Assembly: GCA_046757165.1 (NCBI GenBank)
Contig: JBHHXT010000126.1
Location: forward strand, 1 to 13,426
Length of the DNA stretch: 13,426 bases
Origin: a bacterium
GTDB lineage: Bacteria; Zhuqueibacterota; Zhuqueibacteria; Oceanimicrobiales; Oceanimicrobiaceae
Direction of reading: 5' to 3'
A program made the translations under genes and the position numbers. Positions 1-6,287 of this stretch are shown piece after piece (position 1 is the first letter of the stretch; each line of letters begins with the position of its first letter). The notes beneath the pieces are model-generated. The model worked only from the letters and a program-made list of their open reading frames with translations, was not told the origin of the DNA and made no database searches.

Positions 1-60
1 GATTTCATTTTCAAGAATGGGCCAAAGAAAGGTGAAGTAAAAAGAAAAGTTAGAGTTTAA
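1..60 (+). pseudogene. 3' end of a probable GxxExxY-family (PD-(D/E)XK-like) gene or remnant, truncated by the window edge
   Basis: Frame 1 reads DFIFKNGPKKGEVKRKVRV*. The GPKKxEVKRKVR stretch resembles the GxxExxY C-terminus as I recall it (NFGxxxxExKR). It is followed by an ATCCTGT tandem array. Only 19 codons are visible. Confidence 0.4.
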
Positions 61-74
61 CCTGGAGAGGAGTC

Positions 75-108
75 ATCCTGTAAATCCGGCTTATCCTGTT
101 AGCCTGTC
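75..108 (+). repeat. Four-unit, 8-9-bp-period tandem array, consensus ATCCTGTWA
   Basis: atcctgtaa (75-83), atccggctt (84-92), atcctgtt (93-100), agcctgtc (101-108). Confidence 0.8.
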
Positions 109-195
109 AAAAAAAGATTAATACCCTGTGATCGGTTACTCCTGGCAGGCCGGAACCAGAGAGAAAAACATACATGCAAAGACGCGACTACTTGA

Positions 196-1638
196 ATGAA
201 TAAGCAAACGGTGAGCGCAATTCCTAAAGATGACCCAATAGCAACCCATGTCGAAGCCCCATTGGTTGAAGGCCTGGCGACGTTTTCTTCAGTAACCGAA
301 GATATCAGTCGCATCAGCGAAGCCAGGGCTTTCAGGGGCTGGTATGTCGCGTTTGCGATCGCAGTCACGACCATGCTCGTGGGCTTTGGCATGATGGGAT
401 ATTTGTTCTGGGAAGGGATCGGCATCTGGGGCGTACAAAATCCCGCGGGCTGGGGCTGGGCCATCGTAAACTTCGTCTGGTGGGTCGGGATTGCCCATGC
501 CGGAACGCTCATTTCGGCCATTCTGTTTCTGTTTCGACAGCGATGGCGTACGGCTATCAACCGTTTTGCCGAAGCCATGACGGTTTTCGCGGTCATGTGC
601 GCGCTCATCTTCCCGGCGATTCATGTTGGCCGGGTCTGGTTAGTCTATTATATGTTTCCTTTACCCAATCAAATGGGAATGTGGCCGAACTTTAACAGTC
701 CGCTGCTCTGGGATTTTTTCGCCGTCGGCACTTACTTTACCGTTTCCCTGCTTTTTTGGTATGTCGGGATGATCCCGGATTTGGCCACCCTGCGCGACCG
801 TGCAAAAAGTCGAATCCGGAAGCTCTTTCTGGGGCTGTTCTCCCTTGGCTGGCGCGGTGGCCATCGCCAGTGGCAGCACTACGAAAAAGCCTATCTCATT
901 CTGGCAGGGCTGGCAACGCCGCTGGTGGTTTCGGTGCACAGCATCGTTAGTTTTGACTTTGCCGTGAGCATCATTCCAGGCTGGCACAGCACCATCTTTC
1001 CGCCATATTTTGTCGCCGGCGCCATCTTCTCCGGCATGGCGTTGGTGATGACTTTAGCCATCATCGCGCGTCACATTCTCAGAATCGATCATCTCATCAC
1101 TTTGAGCCACCTGGAAAAGATGAACAAGATCTTGCTGCTCACCAGCCTGATTGTGACCTATGCGTATGCCTGCGAATCTTTCATCGCGTGGTATAGCAGC
1201 AATGAGTACGAGCAAGCCATCTTCATCACCCGGGCCACCGGCCCCTACGCCTGGGCCTACTGGACCATGATCTTCTGTAATGTCATCGCCCCACAGGTAT
1301 TGTGGGCACGTAAGCTGCGCCGAACGATTCCGGTGATGTTTGTTGTTTCGATCCTCATCAACATCGGGATGTGGTTCGAAAGATTTGTCATCGTGGTCAG
1401 CTCACTATCTAACGATTTCCTGCCTTCGAGCTGGGATTATTATACTCCCACCATTTATGATATTGGCATTTACCTGGGGACTTTAGGCATATTCTTTACG
1501 GGCTTCCTGCTCTTCCTTCGCTTTTTGCCCATCGTTGCCATGAGCGAAGTGAAAGGGGTGTTGCCGCAAGCCGATCCCCACTCCTACAACCATAATGGTG
1601 ATTCTAACGACCAGAAAACTCAGAAAAGGGCTGTGTAA
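196..1638 (+). CDS. actC: Alternative complex III subunit C (NrfD/PsrC-family quinol-binding membrane protein)
   Basis: 480-aa polytopic membrane protein with [74 protein letters not shown] and GMWFERFVI. Precedes actD/E/F. Confidence 0.95.
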   Translation: MNKQTVSAIPKDDPIATHVEAPLVEGLATFSSVTEDISRISEARAFRGWYVAFAIAVTTMLVGFGMMGYLFWEGIGIWGVQNPAGWGWAIVNFVWWVGIAHAGTLISAILFLFRQRWRTAINRFAEAMTVFAVMCALIFPAIHVGRVWLVYYMFPLPNQMGMWPNFNSPLLWDFFAVGTYFTVSLLFWYVGMIPDLATLRDRAKSRIRKLFLGLFSLGWRGGHRQWQHYEKAYLILAGLATPLVVSVHSIVSFDFAVSIIPGWHSTIFPPYFVAGAIFSGMALVMTLAIIARHILRIDHLITLSHLEKMNKILLLTSLIVTYAYACESFIAWYSSNEYEQAIFITRATGPYAWAYWTMIFCNVIAPQVLWARKLRRTIPVMFVVSILINIGMWFERFVIVVSSLSNDFLPSSWDYYTPTIYDIGIYLGTLGIFFTGFLLFLRFLPIVAMSEVKGVLPQADPHSYNHNGDSNDQKTQKRAV

Positions 1639-1639
1639 C

Positions 1640-2197
1640 GTGGGAAAAACCGATTCCACAAACGCGAAACATACTGTCGGTCTTCTGGCGGAATTTAAAA
1701 ATCCGGCGGCGCTTTTAGGGGCGGCCAGAAAAGTCCGGCGGGCCGGTTATCGGGATTTTGACTGCCATTCACCATTTCCCATTCACGGTTTGGACGAGGC
1801 CATGGGGATGAAAAGATCACCGCTGGGCTACGTCGTGTTTTTTGCGGGACTTTTAGGCGCAGCCGGAGGATTGTTGCTACAGTGGTGGGCCAGCGCTGTA
1901 GAGTACCCACTTATCATCTCCGGTAAGCCCTATTTCGCCTACCCGGCGTTTGTACCGGTCACCTTCGAGCTCTGCATTCTATTCGGGGCATTTGGCGCGG
2001 TATTGGGCATGCTCCATCTCAACCGGCTGCCGATGTTCTTTCATCATGTTTTTTATTGCGACAAATTCGAAAAGGTAACCGACGACGGTTTTTTTATCAG
2101 TGTTGAGGCTTCGGATCCGAAGTTTGATACCGAGCAATCACAGGCCTTTTTCGAGAATTTAGATTGCGATTACGTGGAGCTCATTCGGGAAGAGTGA
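1640..2197 (+). CDS. actD: Alternative complex III subunit D (DUF3341)
   Basis: Motifs LLAEF, DCHSPFPIHGLDEAMG, YPLIISGKP, FVPVTFEL and TDDGFFI, with two TM helices. Likely start is GTG 1640, 1 nt after the actC stop with AAGGG upstream, rather than ATG 1595. Confidence 0.93.
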   Translation: MGKTDSTNAKHTVGLLAEFKNPAALLGAARKVRRAGYRDFDCHSPFPIHGLDEAMGMKRSPLGYVVFFAGLLGAAGGLLLQWWASAVEYPLIISGKPYFAYPAFVPVTFELCILFGAFGAVLGMLHLNRLPMFFHHVFYCDKFEKVTDDGFFISVEASDPKFDTEQSQAFFENLDCDYVELIREE

Positions 2198-2214
2198 TGT
2201 AAAGAAAAACGTAA

Positions 2215-2257
2215 CTATTAAGCTCTTGGCATTTAGCTGTTAACTGTTGGCCATTGT
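2215..2257 (+). repeat. Degenerate 7-bp-period tandem array (about CTNTTRR x6)
   Basis: ctattaa-g-ctcttgg-catttag-ctgttaa-ctgttgg-ccattgt. Confidence 0.6.
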
Positions 2258-2268
2258 TCCCGAATAAA

Positions 2269-2299
2269 TCTCAAGTTTCAAGTTCCAATGAATTACAAG
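2269..2299 (+). repeat. Degenerate 7-bp-period tandem array (TYYCAAG)
   Basis: tctcaag-tttcaag-ttccaat-gaa-ttacaag. A similar stretch, tcaagattaagagttccaa, lies at 4869-4887. Confidence 0.5.
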
Positions 2300-2331
2300 T
2301 ACTTGTGCAATAAATCATGCATAAAATTTTC

Positions 2332-2429
2332 ACCACGAAGAACACGAGTTCACGAAGATATAAAACACTAATTACATCCAAAAAATAAGATTCATAGTTC
2401 TTCTTCGTGTCCTTCGTGCGCTTCGTGGT
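2332..2429. mobile_element. MITE-like empty cassette with triplet CACGAAG / CTTCGTG inverted arms and a 43-bp AT-rich spacer
   Basis: Left arm accacgaagaacacgagttcacgaaga (2332-2358). The right arm (2402-2429) reverse-complements to accacgaagcgcacgaaggacacgaaga. Mobility is inferred. Confidence 0.7.
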
Positions 2430-2502
2430 TTATGAATCTTTAAGGTTTTGTACTTAGACTATGAAAACTTTGCTAAAAAAACACAATGTTGTCGGCTTGT
2501 AG

Positions 2503-2649
2503 TACGGATTGAACACCGATAAAATGAGTTTAGAAAGAGTAGCAGAACTGAAAGTAGGACTACTCATGAATTTCAGAAAAGAGAATAGAATTCAAACGCT
2601 TCATTTATCATTAAAAAAATCCGTGTTTCATCAGCGTGAATCCGTGCCT
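2503..2649 (+). mobile_element. Cassette with CACGGAT / ATCCGTG tandem inverted arms enclosing a gene remnant
   Basis: Left arm: tacggat (2503-2509), caccgat (2514-2520). Right arm: atccgtg (2619-2625), atcagcg (2630-2636), atccgtg (2640-2646). Confidence 0.6.
2524..2614 (+). pseudogene. Internally deleted, frameshifted GxxExxY-like gene remnant
   Basis: ATG 2524 gives MSLERVAELKVGLLMNFRKE (to 2583). The +1 frame from 2585 gives IEFKRFIYH* (TAA 2612-2614). Joined, this matches the family C-terminal pattern GLLxNFGxxxxEFKR. Confidence 0.7.
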
Positions 2650-2661
2650 AAACATTTTAGA

Positions 2662-3294
2662 TTGGTACTGAGGTACTTACTGACTGCTCGAAGATTTTTT
2701 CTTTCTTTTGGCTCTATTTTCCTGCTTACCCTTGCTATTAGCTGCTCGCGGGGAAAGCCATCCGAGAAGCCGCCCATTCACATCAACCTGAATATGGATT
2801 CACAGCCTAGGTATAATGTGCAAGGCTGGAGCGCGTTTTTTCCGGATCATTCGACAATGCGCCAGCCCGTCGCCGGAACCGTGGCCAGAGGCGAACTGTT
2901 TGCGGATGATGTCTTTTATCATGGGAAGACCGCCCGCGGCGACACGGTCAGAAAAATACCCGTGCCGGTGACCATGCAGCTTCTCGAGCGCGGGCAGGAC
3001 CGGTATAATATCTTCTGCTGGCCGTGTCACGGCGGGGTTGGCGAAGGCAATATGGTCTTTTTGATGCGCGGCATGATTCCGCCGCCGTCGTTGCATTTAG
3101 ATTATATGCGGAATTACACTGACGGACATATTTTTCTTGTCATCACCCATGGCATTCGCAATATGTCTGCTTATGGTTATCAAATCCCGGCACACGACCG
3201 CTGGGCCATCGTGGCCTACGTCCGGGCCCTGCAGCGCAGCCAACACGCCACCATCGATGATTTACCCGAAAAGATCAGGTCAGAATATGAGTGA
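2662..3294 (+). CDS. actE: Alternative complex III subunit E, monoheme cytochrome c lipoprotein
   Basis: Lipobox LAIS-C (Cys codon 2743), NMDSQPRY, MRQPVAGTVARG, heme motif CWPCH, likely axial Met in GIRNMSAY, DRWAIVAYVRALQ. Start uncertain: GTG 2644, TTG 2662 or CTG 2680. Confidence 0.92.
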   Translation: MVLRYLLTARRFFLSFGSIFLLTLAISCSRGKPSEKPPIHINLNMDSQPRYNVQGWSAFFPDHSTMRQPVAGTVARGELFADDVFYHGKTARGDTVRKIPVPVTMQLLERGQDRYNIFCWPCHGGVGEGNMVFLMRGMIPPPSLHLDYMRNYTDGHIFLVITHGIRNMSAYGYQIPAHDRWAIVAYVRALQRSQHATIDDLPEKIRSEYE

Positions 3295-4474
3295 TTCAAT
3301 CGCTAATGATTCCAAGCTGCCGGCCGCGGTTTCCCCCGGCAAGGCGGCCCTGGTTGTAGGCGGCGCCGGACTGCTCCTGAGTTTGGCTGGCGGCCTCGTC
3401 GATTCAAAACAATTCTTCTATTCCTATCTCACCGCTTTTGTTTTTTGGACAACCATCGGGCTCGGAGGGTTGTTTTTTGTCATGCTTCACCACCTGACCG
3501 GGGCGACCTGGAGTGTGGTGTTGAGAAGAATCGCCGAGGTTTTGATGATCACGTTACCGCTCATGGCTCTCTTCTTTATCCCGATCTTCCTGGGGCGGTA
3601 TGAGCTGTTTCCGTGGACTCATGCCGAGGCGGTTGCCGGCGACCATTTATTACACAAGAAGGCGCCCTATCTAAATACAACGTTCTTTGTCATGAGAGCG
3701 GCGATCTATTTTGGCATCTGGACTATCCTCGCATTCAATTTGTATAATAATTCTCTCAGGCAGGATGAAAATGGTACGCCCCCGGTGCTGCGGAAAATGC
3801 GCTCGACGAGCGCGCCGGGAATGGTCCTGTTTGCCTTCACTTTGACCTTTGCTTCGTTCGACTGGTTGATGTCGCTTGAACCCAACTGGTATTCGACGAT
3901 TTTTGGCGTCTACGTATTTTCCGGCACACTGCTTTCAGTTCTGGCGTTTCTCCTGTTAGCCGCGCTGTACCTGAGAAACAGAGGTGTTTTAAAGCAGTCG
4001 ATAACCACTGAACACTATCACGATTTGGGAAAATTATTGTTTGCCTTCACGGTTTTCTGGGCTTATATTGCATTTTGCCAATACTTTTTGATCTGGTACG
4101 GAAACATTCCCGAGGAAACGACTTTCTATCTGCAACGGTGGCAAGGATCTTGGAAAGCCGTCAGTCTGCTCATTGTGTTTGGACATTTTGCCCTGCCGTT
4201 TTTAGTCCTCATCACACGGGCTGCCAAACGGAATCTGGTTGTACTCCGGGTCATGGGATTGTGGCTCTTGTTCATGCACTGGGTTGATGTGCATTGGCTG
4301 GTCCTACCGCGTTTGCACGAGCGTGGTGTCAGCTTTTCCTGGATGGACTTGACTACGATGCTTGGTATCGGCGGCCCGTTGCTCTGGTTTTTCTGGAAAA
4401 ATTTGGCTGCCAACGCCCTGGTTCCGGTACGGGATCCGAATCTGAAGGCCTCTCTACAATTTATCAACGATTAG
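3287..4474 (+). CDS. actF: Alternative complex III subunit F (ActC-paralogous membrane subunit)
   Basis: Motifs HHLTGATWSVVLRRIAE, KKAPYLN, FDWLMSLEPNWYSTIFG, HDLGKLLFAFTVFWAYIAFCQYFLIWYGNIPEE and DPNLKASL. ATG 3287 overlaps the actE stop (ATGAGTGA). Confidence 0.93.
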   Translation: MSDSIANDSKLPAAVSPGKAALVVGGAGLLLSLAGGLVDSKQFFYSYLTAFVFWTTIGLGGLFFVMLHHLTGATWSVVLRRIAEVLMITLPLMALFFIPIFLGRYELFPWTHAEAVAGDHLLHKKAPYLNTTFFVMRAAIYFGIWTILAFNLYNNSLRQDENGTPPVLRKMRSTSAPGMVLFAFTLTFASFDWLMSLEPNWYSTIFGVYVFSGTLLSVLAFLLLAALYLRNRGVLKQSITTEHYHDLGKLLFAFTVFWAYIAFCQYFLIWYGNIPEETTFYLQRWQGSWKAVSLLIVFGHFALPFLVLITRAAKRNLVVLRVMGLWLLFMHWVDVHWLVLPRLHERGVSFSWMDLTTMLGIGGPLLWFFWKNLAANALVPVRDPNLKASLQFIND

Positions 4475-4480
4475 GTTATC

Positions 4481-4822
4481 ATGGACAAGACACAACAATC
4501 TCCAGACAACCCTCCTAAGAAGTACGCGGATAAAAAGGCAAGCGGAGTTCGCCGGAAATGGTTGATTTGGATAATTCCGATCCTGATTATCGGGGGCATC
4601 ATCGTCGTGCGATTGAATCACGATGTTACAACAGACCAGGAGCTGCAACCCACTGAGGCTGCTCCCGAAACCGAGGCGTTGCTGAAAGCGCAGGATTTCC
4701 GCGCCATGGAGCAGGCCAAACTCAATGGCTATGGCCCAAGTGAGCCCGCAAGCGGCATCTACCACATCCCGATAGACAGCGCCATGGTGTTGTGGGTAGA
4801 GGAGTCTCTGGAATCACGCTAA
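4481..4822 (+). CDS. actG: Small single-TM protein, ActG-like accessory subunit
   Basis: 113 aa, one hydrophobic helix (WLIWIIPILIIGGIIVV) and a C-terminal LNGYG...HIPIDSAM motif like the IPIxxAM of post-actF proteins. Starts 6 nt after the actF stop. Confidence 0.6.
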   Translation: MDKTQQSPDNPPKKYADKKASGVRRKWLIWIIPILIIGGIIVVRLNHDVTTDQELQPTEAAPETEALLKAQDFRAMEQAKLNGYGPSEPASGIYHIPIDSAMVLWVEESLESR

Positions 4823-4926
4823 CCTTTTTAGCTCCTATCATTTCAGGTGGTTTGAAGATTTTCTTCATTCAAGATTAAGAGTTCCAAAATAAAATAGTGA
4901 TTGACCGAAAACTCGTGTGACACGCT

Positions 4927-5030
4927 GCCATGGCGAGTCCCGCGTTTTTTGCGGGACGAAGTCATCTCCTGCCTTGCCTGAGATGGGGATTGCTTCGCTG
5001 AGAAGTCCCGAAGGCCTTTTGGACAATGAC
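4927..5030. repeat. Multi-hairpin REP-like palindromic element (GTCATTGCGAG...GAAGCAATC...GATTGCTTCG...CAATGAC type)
   Basis: gtcccgc/gcgggac stem (4937-4943/4951-4957). Imperfect stem cgaagtcatctcc/ggggattgcttcg (4957-4969/4985-4997). Degenerate ends gccatgg/caatgac. Confidence 0.65.
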
Positions 5031-5087
5031 CTCAAAATCGGAGTTTTCGGCCAATCACTAAATACTTGGTCGATAAGGAGTATTTGT

Positions 5088-6077
5088 ATGAGTGACAAGA
5101 TTGCACTTCCCGAGCCAGACCGTTTTTTTGAGATTCGTTTTGAGTCTATTGGCGGTCTTGGCGCCCATGCTGCGGGTCAGATTTTGGCTGCTGTTGCCGT
5201 GTTGCGAATGGGGCTGAATGGCGCCCACTTCTCCTCGTACGGGTCGGAGAAAAAGGGCTCGGTGGTGCGGTCCTACATTCGGTTGGGGACGCCGGAAATG
5301 TGTATTCGAACGAGTGCCCCCATTGATTCACCCGATGTCATCGTGGTTTTTCACAGTGCTTTGCTGGCGCACCCTGTTACTCGTGCAGGTCTCAGGGCGA
5401 CGGGAACATTTATTTTCCCTGCGGCAGAAGGGATTCTCCCTGAGGCGCTTTCGCAGTTGCCGGAAACGGCCCGGGTGATTCGGGTGGATGCCTTGCGGAT
5501 TGCGGCGGAGGAGAAATCAAGGCCCAATGCAGTTCTGTTGGGAACCCTCTCGGCAGCTGTACCATTCATGGACCCTTCTGTTGTTCTGGCTGCCCTCACC
5601 GACGAATTCATTCATCGTCATCCCGAAGCGGTTGCGTCTAATGAACGAGCCTTTCTGCGTGGAGCAAAGGAGTTTGAAGAGATTCAGGGGGTAGGCAAGC
5701 ACACAGGCGATCTGCCCATATCCCGACCCGCTCCCATTTGGGGATACGAGACAGCGCCGATAGGTGGCGTGCTTCCCAGTCCGGGAAATACGGTCTGGAA
5801 TGATCTATCCACTTCGCGAACCGGGTGGATCCCGGTGTTGGACCGGGATAAGTGCGTTCACTGCGCAATGTGTGATATGGTTTGTCCCGATTTCTGCCTG
5901 GTGTGGTCAGATGGAGACAGCGGCGACCCTCGGTTACAAGGGGTGGACTATCGTTACTGCAAGGCCTGTTTCCGCTGTGTGGAGACCTGTCCGTCAAAAG
6001 CGTTGACCAGGGAGATAGAGACGCCTGGTCTGGCGGAGCGTTTGGGGGTTCCCCTTTTTGAACTCAATGAAGATTGA
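5088..6077 (+). CDS. 2-oxoacid:ferredoxin oxidoreductase gamma-delta fusion subunit with 2x[4Fe-4S]
   Basis: Gamma motifs EIRFESIGGLG, SSYGSEKKGS, PDVIVVF and PNAVLLG. Ferredoxin motifs CVHCAMCDMVCP and CKACFRCVETCP. AAGGAG at 5075-5080 supports ATG 5088. Confidence 0.92.
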   Translation: MSDKIALPEPDRFFEIRFESIGGLGAHAAGQILAAVAVLRMGLNGAHFSSYGSEKKGSVVRSYIRLGTPEMCIRTSAPIDSPDVIVVFHSALLAHPVTRAGLRATGTFIFPAAEGILPEALSQLPETARVIRVDALRIAAEEKSRPNAVLLGTLSAAVPFMDPSVVLAALTDEFIHRHPEAVASNERAFLRGAKEFEEIQGVGKHTGDLPISRPAPIWGYETAPIGGVLPSPGNTVWNDLSTSRTGWIPVLDRDKCVHCAMCDMVCPDFCLVWSDGDSGDPRLQGVDYRYCKACFRCVETCPSKALTREIETPGLAERLGVPLFELNED

Positions 6078-6125
6078 TCTTACGATTACCACGTCTGCAA
6101 GGGGGTGATCGATGCGAATATACGA

Positions 6126-6157
6126 ATTGCTCCATTGTTCTATTGTTTCATTGTTTG
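6126..6157 (+). repeat. Four-unit 8-bp tandem array ATTGYTYN
   Basis: attgctcc-attgttct-attgtttc-attgtttg. Confidence 0.8.
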
Positions 6158-6287
6158 TCGAAAGAGATAGATTCGTTTCTGTGAGATTTCATTTTGTGTC
6201 CTAAACTTCATTTCATATTGTTGCCTTTTGAATTAGTTTGTAATTTTGTGCAAAATGTTGGAAATATTACCATAAATGGAGAGTGTC

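Noticed and set aside
2303..2320. Rex operator (TTGTGCA...), also considered near 6246
   Set aside because: Only the left half resembles TTGTGAA-N4-TTCACAA; the right half does not match.
2509..2661. N-terminal 51 codons of the 261-aa ORF as part of ActE
   Set aside because: They run through the repeat arms and the gene remnant, and would place the lipobox about 78 residues from the start.
2198..2661. CRISPR array or integron attC array
   Set aside because: There are no 23-47-bp direct repeats with regular spacers, no cas or integrase gene, and no clear attC core boxes.
3137..3286. N-terminal extension of actF
   Set aside because: It overlaps the actE coding region; ATG 3287 gives normal translational coupling.
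4917..5087. N-terminal extension of the 386-aa ORF
   Set aside because: It crosses the palindromic element, and a strong AAGGAG precedes ATG 5088.
6185..6195. 11-bp match gatttcatttt to positions 1-11
   Set aside because: Low-complexity AT-rich word that does not extend to the right; plausible by chance.
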